DNA from: a virus
Taxonomy: Duplodnaviria; Caudoviricetes
Direction: 5' to 3' (one strand)
Length of the DNA: 32,150 bases
Virus record (IMG/VR): IMGVR_UViG_3300027672_000002
Coordinates: 1 to 32,150 of that record
The position numbers were made by a program, and so were the translations under genes. The notes below the pieces were generated by a model that worked only from the letters and a program-made list of their open reading frames with translations, made no database searches and was not told where the DNA came from. Shown here piece after piece: positions 1 to 7,223 of this stretch; the stretch's first letter is position 1; each line of letters opens with the position of its first letter.

Positions 1-127
1 ACGAATTAACTAATAAACCAAATAATATGACTGATGATTTCGGAATGAATGATAGCTTTGCTGACTTCGTTAATGACCTAACAACAAGTGAAAAAAATGA
101 CAATGCTTGTTCTATTGATAATCCAGA
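1..127. repeat. Terminal direct repeat, left copy (circular assembly overlap)
   Basis: Identical to 32024-32150; 127 is a common assembler k-mer length. Confidence 0.95.
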
Positions 128-149
128 TTGCGAAGGCTGTGGATCATAA
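27..149 (+). CDS. 40-aa acidic peptide ending ACSIDNPDCEGCGS, resembling the ribonucleotide reductase alpha C-terminal tail (not in ORF track)
   Basis: ATG at 27 after A-rich leader, TAA at 147-149; MTDDFGMNDSFADFVNDLTTSEKNDNACSIDNPDCEGCGS. Confidence 0.75.
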   Translation: MTDDFGMNDSFADFVNDLTTSEKNDNACSIDNPDCEGCGS

Positions 150-162
150 CGCAGATCTTATT

Positions 163-207
163 ATATTATTTTGATATTCTTTATATGATATTATTTTGAT
201 ATTCTTT
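163..207. repeat. 20-bp direct repeat ATATTATTTTGATATTCTTT x2 in an AT-rich intergenic region
   Basis: Copies at 163-182 and 188-207. Confidence 0.85.
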
Positions 208-278
208 TAATCTTGTTATCTTGGATTTATTAAAAAATTGAAAGTTATTACAAATTTTTCAAGAAAAAAAGTCTAAAT

Positions 279-506
279 ATGAAATACTCCAAAAAAAAAG
301 TAGACAAGACCTATAGCTGCAAATTATTATCTAGTAAAGAAAAAGTACACAGGTTGTTAGAAATTGATGCTACACAATATACTAATCTAGGAATAGACTC
401 AACAATAGAAGAAAAGCAAGAAGTCAAAAAAAATAGCATTTATCTATATGAGATCATACAAAAACTAGATTCCAGATTAGGAAAAACACTACTACATAAT
501 GGCTAA
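279..506 (+). CDS. Hypothetical protein
   Basis: 75-aa ORF overlapping the start of the next gene. Confidence 0.7.
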   Translation: MKYSKKKVDKTYSCKLLSSKEKVHRLLEIDATQYTNLGIDSTIEEKQEVKKNSIYLYEIIQKLDSRLGKTLLHNG

Positions 507-888
507 AAAACTTACAAGGACTAAATTGGTTAAAAAGCTAGATACAATATTTAGCCAATATATTAGGCAAAAAAATGCTGTTGATGAAATAGCCACTTGC
601 TTTACTTGTGGTAAACAAGACCATTGGAAAAAGCTACAAAATGGACACTTTCAAAGTAGAAGGCATTACTCAACAAGGTGGGATGAAATGAACTGTCAAG
701 TACAATGCTCAGGCTGTAATGTTTTTAAATTTGGTGAGCAGTTCTTATTTGGTCAAAATCTAGACAATAAATTTGGACAAGGAACTTCAAGAAGATTACA
801 CATTAAAGCACAACAAACAATTAAACTGGCAGACTTTGAATTGGAGGATATGATAATAAATTACAAAAATTTTGTAGATAGGATGTAA
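499..888 (+). CDS. ninG: NinG/Rap-like recombination endonuclease (HNH/Zn type)
   Basis: LDTIFSQYIR, CFTCG, NGHFQSRRHYSTRWDEMNCQVQCSGCN motifs. Confidence 0.85.
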   Translation: MAKKLTRTKLVKKLDTIFSQYIRQKNAVDEIATCFTCGKQDHWKKLQNGHFQSRRHYSTRWDEMNCQVQCSGCNVFKFGEQFLFGQNLDNKFGQGTSRRLHIKAQQTIKLADFELEDMIINYKNFVDRM

Positions 889-901
889 ATTCATACATTT
901 G
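871..901 (+). promoter_or_regulatory. Consensus Bacteroidota housekeeping-sigma promoter
   Basis: TTTG (871-874), 19-nt spacer, TACATTTG (894-901). Confidence 0.8.
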
Positions 902-904
902 ATT

Positions 905-959
905 GTTCTGTTTTTATTACTAGAGAAGGGGTTGATGTTAAAATCGCCCCTTTTTTTTT
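905..959 (+). ncRNA. Candidate small antisense RNA (~55 nt)
   Basis: Lies between a consensus promoter and an intrinsic terminator with no credible ORF; 5' end complementary to leaders at 4401-4413 and 10816-10828. Confidence 0.55.
926..959 (+). terminator. Intrinsic terminator
   Basis: AAGGGGTTGAT...ATCGCCCC hairpin followed by T9. Confidence 0.85.
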
Positions 960-973
960 GATTAAAAACACTA

Positions 974-1000
974 AGTTGTTAACTTTTTTGTTTATATTCG
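974..1000 (+). promoter_or_regulatory. Early promoter/operator A
   Basis: AGTTGTTAAC-N6-GTTTATATTC, overlapping the TATATTCG -7 variant; same layout as 4348 and 10767. Confidence 0.6.
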
Positions 1001-1030
1001 TATAAGTAAGAACCTAAAAGACAGACACTA

Positions 1031-1255
1031 ATGGAATTAAATTGGAAAGATGGTACTACAACCAAGATTGTAGACGGAGAAATTCTAACAGTAAATAATC
1101 CAAGGGATTTGACACAAGATAAAAAGCTAAGGCAAGAGATTAAACAGCTAGAAGAGCAGTTACTCTGGGCTACAAAAAATTCTAACGGATTTAAACAAAT
1201 GGCTATTTATCAGGAAATAGACAAAAGAAAATCTATCTTAATAAATATTAAATGA
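1031..1255 (+). CDS. Hypothetical protein
   Basis: 74-aa ORF after promoter A. Confidence 0.7.
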   Translation: MELNWKDGTTTKIVDGEILTVNNPRDLTQDKKLRQEIKQLEEQLLWATKNSNGFKQMAIYQEIDKRKSILINIK

Positions 1256-1461
1256 TGGGGGATATCTACCGTACTCACGAATACAAGAACGAAAGAATTA
1301 GAGCTTTAATGAAAAGAGTAGAACAGCTAGAAGATGGACAACAGGTGAAAGACCTTGTGGCTCATTGTGAGTTCTTAGAAGCTCAAGTTCTGGTCTTACA
1401 CCAAGACATTGCTAATATTCACTTTAATCAAACAGTAGGATGGACAGAGACAAACTCGTAG
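1252..1461 (+). CDS. Hypothetical coiled-coil protein
   Basis: ATGA overlap with upstream gene. Confidence 0.65.
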   Translation: MMGDIYRTHEYKNERIRALMKRVEQLEDGQQVKDLVAHCEFLEAQVLVLHQDIANIHFNQTVGWTETNS

Positions 1462-1826
1462 AGTTGTACAAGAAGTACGACTTACAATCTTCAGATGTAT
1501 TTAAACATCAACATTTTGTAATTATTACTCGCAGTGGTATTGATAAAATACAAGCCATTGAAAATATAGACATTAATTATGAGGTAATCAGGTGCGAACC
1601 TAACTATGCGGTTTTTAAAGCCAATGCAGAAAAAGAGGGTGCAAAAATACAAACCTTTGGATCTGCTTTAAAAGGTGATACTTTTAAGGATGGAAATTGC
1701 AATAGCTGGTACGTTGCTGAAATGGCTGAAAAAAGAGCTATGAGCAGAGCTGTTTTAAAGCTCACAGGATTTTATGAGTTAGGCGTTTTTGGAGAGGACG
1801 AATCCGATAGTTTTAAAAAACAATAA
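1440..1826 (+). CDS. Putative single-strand annealing protein (Rad52/Sak/RecT-like)
   Basis: AEMAEKRAMSRAVLK...GVFGEDE C-terminal motif; directly upstream of SSB. Confidence 0.55.
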   Translation: MDRDKLVELYKKYDLQSSDVFKHQHFVIITRSGIDKIQAIENIDINYEVIRCEPNYAVFKANAEKEGAKIQTFGSALKGDTFKDGNCNSWYVAEMAEKRAMSRAVLKLTGFYELGVFGEDESDSFKKQ

Positions 1827-1846
1827 TTAAATAAACACAATCAATT

Positions 1847-2173
1847 ATGGGAGCAATTATCAATGCATCAATTAATGTAACAAAGTTACCAAAGGAAAAA
1901 TTTATCGCGGGAAAAGATGGCGCGGTCTGGTATAATTTTACCATCTCAATCAATGATGACACAAGATTTGGGAACAACGTAGGTCTGCAAGATGCAAGAA
2001 CCAAAGAAGAAAGAGAGGCAGGAGTAGCTAATCACTATTTTGGAAACGGCAAGGTGGTCTGGATTAAAGACGCTCAAGGTAACAAAGGTCAGATTACACT
2101 AGCCGAAAGAGAAGAGAAGGCAGAAGATGCTAGAGCAGCAGTTTCAAGAGATGATTCGGATTTGCCATTTTAG
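1847..2173 (+). CDS. Putative single-stranded DNA-binding protein
   Basis: Beta-rich body with acidic tail DDSDLPF. Confidence 0.75.
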   Translation: MGAIINASINVTKLPKEKFIAGKDGAVWYNFTISINDDTRFGNNVGLQDARTKEEREAGVANHYFGNGKVVWIKDAQGNKGQITLAEREEKAEDARAAVSRDDSDLPF

Positions 2174-2197
2174 TAAATCTACTTTATTTAACAAAGG

Positions 2198-2235
2198 AAA
2201 AGCTATGGGTTGTTGTGATTCATAGCTTTTTTTTT
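2198..2235 (+). terminator. Intrinsic terminator
   Basis: AAAAGCTATG...CATAGCTTTT stem followed by a T-run. Confidence 0.85.
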
Positions 2236-2246
2236 AAATTGATCCA

Positions 2247-3080
2247 ATGACAAAGAAACAAACAGAACACAATAACAGAATGCAATTAATTGAAAACGAT
2301 TGCTTAGTAAATACCAAAGAAAAAATTGACTACCCTCCAGTAGCATTATCGTTTGGTGAGAAATTGATTAAAAACCCAAAGGGGGATTCGTTATTACCAA
2401 TACCAATAGGTACATATGGAAACCTTAGCTGTGTTAGCGCACCACCTAAAACCAAGAAAACATTTTTCATATCTTTACTTGCATCGGTGTATTTAAGTGG
2501 AAGCAACATATATGGTGGTGATATATTAGGACATAGAGATAAGGGAAACCTAATACATTTTGACACCGAACAAGGACTTTGGCATTGTCAGCGAGTATTT
2601 AAAAGGGTCTACGATATGGATTCTAAAATAGACACGGATATTTATCACACGTTTGGCCTTCGTGCGGTGGGTTATAAGGAACGATTAGAGTTCATTGAGT
2701 ATTATCTATCGGAAAAAATAAATACTCCCTCTCTGGTCATTATTGATGGAATTGCCGATCTTGTGTCGGATGTCAACAGTTTAGAAGAGTCCAATGCTGT
2801 AGTTCAAAAGCTAATGCTATGGTCAGCTAAATTTAATTGCCACATTATAAATGTGATCCATCAAAACTATGGAACCGCTAAAATGACAGGACACCTAGGC
2901 TCTTTTTTGGAGAAGAAATGCGAGACACACATTGAATTAGAGGCTAATACTGCTAACAAAGAATGGGTAACAGTAAAATGCAAGAGAAGCAGAGGATATG
3001 CTTTTGAAACGTTTAGTTTTAAAGTTAATGAATTGGGGTTGCCTGTTATTGTGCAAAATATTTATGATCCACTAAAGTAA
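2247..3080 (+). CDS. RecA-fold (SF4/RepA, AAA_25-like) replicative helicase
   Basis: Variant Walker A APPKTKKT, FDTEQG, Walker B VIIDGIAD, IHQN, GHLGS. Confidence 0.8.
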   Translation: MTKKQTEHNNRMQLIENDCLVNTKEKIDYPPVALSFGEKLIKNPKGDSLLPIPIGTYGNLSCVSAPPKTKKTFFISLLASVYLSGSNIYGGDILGHRDKGNLIHFDTEQGLWHCQRVFKRVYDMDSKIDTDIYHTFGLRAVGYKERLEFIEYYLSEKINTPSLVIIDGIADLVSDVNSLEESNAVVQKLMLWSAKFNCHIINVIHQNYGTAKMTGHLGSFLEKKCETHIELEANTANKEWVTVKCKRSRGYAFETFSFKVNELGLPVIVQNIYDPLK

Positions 3081-3081
3081 A

Positions 3082-3579
3082 ATGAAAAAAGACGTAATTA
3101 GTTTAATAGCTGAAAAACACAATACTTGGGTTGACATTGTTTCAACCTTTGGATGTACCAAGAGAATAGCTGAAGACATTACGCAGGAAATGTACATTAA
3201 GATACATTTTCAATTAGAAAAAGAGGACAATAACATAATGTACAATAACGAGATAAATTACTACTATATATTTAAAACCTTAAAAACCTTATTTCTTGAC
3301 CTTAAAAGAAAACATAAAAATATTAGTATTATTTACCTAGACGATTATGTAAGGGATCACGGAGAAACTCATTACTCACCTAGTGATGTAAATTACGAAG
3401 ATGCATATGCTGTCATTGAAAAAAAACTAAACACAATGTATTGGTACGACAGGAAAGTGTTTGAAATAATAAATGGAGGAGAAAGCATTGCAGAATTTTC
3501 CAGAAAGTCAAAAATCAAATATTACTCACTTTATTTTACTTATAAAAAAGTCGAAGAAAAATTAAAAAAATTATTATGA
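3082..3579 (+). CDS. Phage sigma-70 family (ECF-like) RNA polymerase sigma factor
   Basis: Region 2 AEDITQEMYIKI...YIFKTLKTLFLD; region 4 HTH (YDRKVF...SIAEFSRKSKIKYYSLY). Confidence 0.8.
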   Translation: MKKDVISLIAEKHNTWVDIVSTFGCTKRIAEDITQEMYIKIHFQLEKEDNNIMYNNEINYYYIFKTLKTLFLDLKRKHKNISIIYLDDYVRDHGETHYSPSDVNYEDAYAVIEKKLNTMYWYDRKVFEIINGGESIAEFSRKSKIKYYSLYFTYKKVEEKLKKLL

Positions 3580-3722
3580 AGCTAGGTAACATTATTTTTT
3601 ATATCACTAAATATACAGGCATAAAATTGCTGGTTGAAACCTACCATTCTTTTAGAGGAACAAAATGCAATTGTGATAAAAGAAGAAAAAACCTTAACGA
3701 CTTAAAGATAAAAAGATGGTGA
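3576..3722 (+). CDS. 48-aa Cys-containing protein (CNCDKRR), not in ORF track
   Basis: ATGA overlap with sigma gene; MKLGNIIFYITKYTGIK...CNCDKRRKNLN. Confidence 0.7.
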   Translation: MKLGNIIFYITKYTGIKLLVETYHSFRGTKCNCDKRRKNLNDLKIKRW

Positions 3723-3940
3723 AATTCAATGAAACAGACTATAAAGATTGGGAGCAGTTTAGATTGGGAGAAAACAAGGACGTTATCAGCCCAAGAGAGT
3801 TTGAATTGGTTTGTAACCTACACTCGCGATATTTCAAGCATACCTATTATAAGCCGTGTACTTGTAGCCCGAAAACAATAAATAAATGGATTAAAGATTT
3901 AAACCTAGTTTGGACTTATACAAGAAATGGGGATAAATAA
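3716..3940 (+). CDS. Small protein with PCTCSP motif
   Basis: 74-aa ORF overlapping both neighbours. Confidence 0.7.
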   Translation: MVKFNETDYKDWEQFRLGENKDVISPREFELVCNLHSRYFKHTYYKPCTCSPKTINKWIKDLNLVWTYTRNGDK

Positions 3941-4349
3941 AGTTCATCAGTGGGAACAGGCCATTGTCTTACTTTTAAATTCTGAGGGTTGGGATTTAAA
4001 ATGGTCAGGTGAAGGCTTTTCTCGTTACGATGCCGTTGGAAAGACTCCAAAGGGATTTGATTGCGTAATAGAAATGAAATTTCGCAATAAGCACTACGAT
4101 ACTAAAATGCTTGAAAAAGACAAGTATGATGCTTTGATGAGGCTCGACAAGGATATTATAAAAATATTTTACGTCTTTGATCCTAAAGGGAATTTTTTGT
4201 ACTACCTCAACACGTTAAAGCTACCTAAGCCAGTAAAAAAATATTGTCCAGACACTACGATGTGGACTAAAAAAAAGGTGTTAAAAGAGGTTTACTTGCT
4301 AGAAGAAAACGGTGCTGTGGTTATTAATCTAAATTTTCACAAAGAATAG
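3927..4349 (+). CDS. PD-(D/E)xK family nuclease
   Basis: E..., YDA..., VIEMKFR motifs. Confidence 0.7.
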   Translation: MGINKVHQWEQAIVLLLNSEGWDLKWSGEGFSRYDAVGKTPKGFDCVIEMKFRNKHYDTKMLEKDKYDALMRLDKDIIKIFYVFDPKGNFLYYLNTLKLPKPVKKYCPDTTMWTKKKVLKEVYLLEENGAVVINLNFHKE

Positions 4350-4409
4350 TTGTGAACTATTTTGTTTATAACTTTTAATGTTGTATCTTTAAGTATAATC
4401 AAAAACAGA
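4348..4409 (+). promoter_or_regulatory. Early promoter/operator B plus leader
   Basis: TTTG-N19-TATCTTTA; inverted pair AGTTGTGAAC-N6-GTTTATAACT; 44/49 identical to 10767-10815. Confidence 0.8.
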
Positions 4410-4413
4410 ACAA

Positions 4414-4563
4414 ATGACAAATAAAGACGCATTCACATATGGTGAAATTATTGGTGAGCTAATGGGTTTAGAAACTTTATACCTTAAGGGTGATGAAGAA
4501 AAACAAATGCTACAAGCCACTATCAGCAAAATGGAATCACTTTTTAATAGTTTAAATAAATAA
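4414..4563 (+). CDS. 49-aa hypothetical protein (not in ORF track)
   Basis: First ATG after promoter B; MTNKDAFTYGEIIGELMGL... Confidence 0.7.
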   Translation: MTNKDAFTYGEIIGELMGLETLYLKGDEEKQMLQATISKMESLFNSLNK

Positions 4564-4566
4564 GAA

Positions 4567-4770
4567 ATGGAATACAGAACGCAAGAACAAGCCATTGAGA
4601 TTTACAAAGAAACCTACGATGGTAATTGGAAAGCAGCAAAAGTAAAGCTAAACGGATATGGATTCCATTACTGGGAATTTATAGATAAAATTGATAGCTA
4701 TCATCAGGAAATGGGGGTTTCAGAAAAATACCGACTTGAAATACTAAGGACATTATCTCATTTGATATGA
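4567..4770 (+). CDS. Hypothetical protein
   Basis: Tightly packed + strand ORF. Confidence 0.65.
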   Translation: MEYRTQEQAIEIYKETYDGNWKAAKVKLNGYGFHYWEFIDKIDSYHQEMGVSEKYRLEILRTLSHLI

Positions 4771-4922
4771 GATTAAGCCGTGAATCCCTTTTATACATAA
4801 GGGAGCAAATAGAATTACACACCGAGATTGACCCAAGCCTTACAGATGTGATTATCACATACCAAATACAAGACACTGGTAAGCCAAAAAAATTTTTACA
4901 TTTATCCATAAAACTAACATAG
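4767..4922 (+). CDS. 51-aa hypothetical protein (not in ORF track)
   Basis: ATGA overlap; MRLSRESLLYIREQIEL...LSIKLT; fills the gap exactly. Confidence 0.65.
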   Translation: MRLSRESLLYIREQIELHTEIDPSLTDVIITYQIQDTGKPKKFLHLSIKLT

Positions 4923-4923
4923 T

Positions 4924-5238
4924 ATGAGTCTAGTAGACGATTTAACAGCAGAATTAATTCGCTTAGAACATCAGTTACAACAATCTGAATATCAATTAGA
5001 ACAGGTTAAACAAGAGTTAATCGAATCCAAGAGACATACCTATGTTGGACAGACTCACGGTTTATACGCTAGTGATGGTGAGCTTACAATAGAATATGGA
5101 GACAACCAATTTGTAGTAATGGCGACTGACCAATTATTTCAAGATTTGCCTGGAATTGTCAACCTATGTTTGACAGAACAAAGTAAAATGCAAGAAGAAA
5201 CATTGCAAAGAATTAAAAATGAGCTAGGAGAATTATGA
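4924..5238 (+). CDS. Hypothetical protein with N-terminal coiled coil
   Basis: 104-aa ORF with ATGA overlap to the exonuclease. Confidence 0.7.
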   Translation: MSLVDDLTAELIRLEHQLQQSEYQLEQVKQELIESKRHTYVGQTHGLYASDGELTIEYGDNQFVVMATDQLFQDLPGIVNLCLTEQSKMQEETLQRIKNELGEL

Positions 5239-5948
5239 TACTTCTGGTAGATGCTGACAGTTTAATATTTGCGAGTTGCTATCAAAAAAGGGAAACACCT
5301 GAAGATGACCCATATCACTCAGACATATCAAAAGCACGTAACAAATTTGATGAGCAGTTTATGAGAATTGTAAATCACTTAGAGGATATGTATTCAATTG
5401 ATAAGGTCATTACGTTTAGCGGATCTAGAGGAAACTTTAGAAAGTTAATATCAAAAAAATACAAAGCAAACAGAAGTTATTCTAATTTACCTCCTTTATT
5501 GAATGAGATGCACGAGTACGTTAAAAAACAATACGATAGCATCTATGGATATGGAGTAGAAACTGACGATATGGTGGCTAGGTATTGGTATAACATCGCT
5601 AAAGACATAGGACGTGACGAGGTTATGATTGTAAGCATAGACAAGGACTACAAACAGTTTCCTTGTCTGATGTACAATTACCACTATAAACACAAAGAGG
5701 TTTACGATATAAGCGAGGAACAGGCTTTGTATAACTTCTACGAGCAGATGATAGCAGGAGACACCGCTGATAATGTGAATTACTTTAAAGGTAAGGGCAA
5801 GAGGTTTGCAGAAAAATATTTTGCTGAATGCCAAACTAAATATCAGTATACTAGAAAGCTATATGAATTGTTTAAAGAAAAATACAAATCAAAAGCAAAA
5901 GAAAAGTATAGCGAATGCTATCACCAATTGAAATTAAGGATTGACTAA
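5235..5948 (+). CDS. 5'-3' exonuclease (FEN/PIN fold, T7 gp6/T4 RNase H-like)
   Basis: LVDADSL, NFRK...YKANR, ETDD, SIDKDYKQ, GDTADNV...GKG. Confidence 0.9.
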   Translation: MILLVDADSLIFASCYQKRETPEDDPYHSDISKARNKFDEQFMRIVNHLEDMYSIDKVITFSGSRGNFRKLISKKYKANRSYSNLPPLLNEMHEYVKKQYDSIYGYGVETDDMVARYWYNIAKDIGRDEVMIVSIDKDYKQFPCLMYNYHYKHKEVYDISEEQALYNFYEQMIAGDTADNVNYFKGKGKRFAEKYFAECQTKYQYTRKLYELFKEKYKSKAKEKYSECYHQLKLRID

Positions 5949-6430
5949 TGAAGAAAAAGAACCCTACACCATTAGAGATAGCTAAGGCTGCTTCTGATGT
6001 TTTTAACATAGATATATTCGATAACCAAAGAGGACATTTTCACGTATATGCAAGAGCTTTGGTATGTTGGATTATGAGAGACAAGTTACAAATGAGATGG
6101 ACATACATTGCGGAATGGTTTCAAGAAAACGGAAAACATATGAATCACTCCACAGCAATGCATCTGGTTAAGATGTACCCCAGCTATAGACAAAAGAATA
6201 TTAAAATACGTAAATTAGAAAAAAGATTCTATTTTACTGAAAACGTGAATTTTGATGAAATTGACAAAATTGAATATCTAGAAAAAAAATACTTTAAACT
6301 AGAGTCAGATTATTTAGAACTAAATAAAAAACTAAAAAATCCTCTGGTAAACTTAGTGCTAGATGTGCCAACAAATAAATCATCAGAAATGAAAAACAGA
6401 ATTAAAATGATAAAAAGTGCTTGGAGCTAA
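5948..6430 (+). CDS. DnaA domain IV-like HTH DNA-binding protein with C-terminal coiled coil
   Basis: VYARALVCWIMRD...IAEWF...NHSTAMH resembles the DnaA_C signature (AR.iam...l...IG..F..RDHTTV.H). Confidence 0.7.
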   Translation: MKKKNPTPLEIAKAASDVFNIDIFDNQRGHFHVYARALVCWIMRDKLQMRWTYIAEWFQENGKHMNHSTAMHLVKMYPSYRQKNIKIRKLEKRFYFTENVNFDEIDKIEYLEKKYFKLESDYLELNKKLKNPLVNLVLDVPTNKSSEMKNRIKMIKSAWS

Positions 6431-6436
6431 ATGCAC

Positions 6437-6591
6437 TATATATGAGGGGAGCGCGGAAAGTTTTTGTGCTAGGAGTAGGCAAGGATTTAAATGTTCCCCT
6501 TATACATAAAGAAAAGAGAGGGGCAGTTTACTATAAATTAATCCTTTGAAGGGAAACACTTTTGGTTAAATACAAGCTGACCCCTCTTTTT
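6437..6591 (+). ncRNA. Two tandem large-loop hairpins (candidate structured RNA)
   Basis: Stems 6437-6453/6492-6508 and 6513-6529/6574-6591 with G-U pairs on the + strand. Confidence 0.45.
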
Positions 6592-6603
6592 AATATTTAC
6601 AAT

Positions 6604-6729
6604 ATGAAATTTATACCATACGAGTACGATTTAAAAAAGGAATACTTTGAAAAACTCAAAGAGCAACGCAAGGAAAAAAAAGCAAATAAGCTAAGAGCAT
6701 TTGGCACACCTAAGAAAAAAAAGAAATGA
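6604..6729 (+). CDS. 41-aa basic peptide (not in ORF track)
   Basis: MKFIPYEYDLKKEYF...PKKKKK; ATGA overlap with next gene. Confidence 0.55.
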   Translation: MKFIPYEYDLKKEYFEKLKEQRKEKKANKLRAFGTPKKKKK

Positions 6730-7193
6730 TACTAACAACAATTCAAGCGTTCATCTTTATTATTTACATTGCGTTTCTGTATTACAGATTTCGCAAACCA
6801 TTACCGTCAATTTCACAGTCTTGGTATGATTTACCAAAGCCAGTTAACAAACTATTCACTTTGTTCTGTTGGAGCATTGGTATAGCTATGATATTTCAAG
6901 GGGGGAATGCTTGGTTTTTTATGTCGGGTTCTGGTTTGTGCTTTGTAGGGGCTGCAACGTCCTTTCTATCTAAAGGAGCAAAGACAAACATCGTTCATTA
7001 TTTAGGAGCAGCGGTAGGTATTAGCTGCGCCTTGTTTGGTTTATGTTTTCAATATAGTATCTACCTTCCTATGTGGATATTTATATTAGGAACTTCCATA
7101 ATAATCCTATTACCTAAAGTGATTAACAAAATTTGGTTCATTGAGATATTAGCCTTTATTGTTATTGTGATAGGTTTATTTTTAAGACCATAA
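6726..7193 (+). CDS. Multi-pass membrane protein
   Basis: About 5-6 hydrophobic segments; PSISQSWY loop. Confidence 0.75.
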   Translation: MILTTIQAFIFIIYIAFLYYRFRKPLPSISQSWYDLPKPVNKLFTLFCWSIGIAMIFQGGNAWFFMSGSGLCFVGAATSFLSKGAKTNIVHYLGAAVGISCALFGLCFQYSIYLPMWIFILGTSIIILLPKVINKIWFIEILAFIVIVIGLFLRP

Positions 7194-7220
7194 AAACAAA
7201 AAAATTAAATACGTTATATA
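7191..7220 (+). promoter_or_regulatory. Late promoter 1 (putatively read by the phage sigma factor)
   Basis: TAAAAA-N13-TACGTTATATA, 3 nt before ATG 7224. Confidence 0.8.
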
Positions 7221-7223
7221 ATT

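Noticed and set aside
239-250. Possible minus-strand promoter (TAACTTTC) pointing into the repeat region
   Set aside because: The -7 element is imperfect and no convincing -33 element or downstream product is seen.
6459-6468. 10-nt complementarity of hairpin loop 1 to 31990-31999
   Set aside because: A match this short and A/T-rich is expected by chance in 32 kb.
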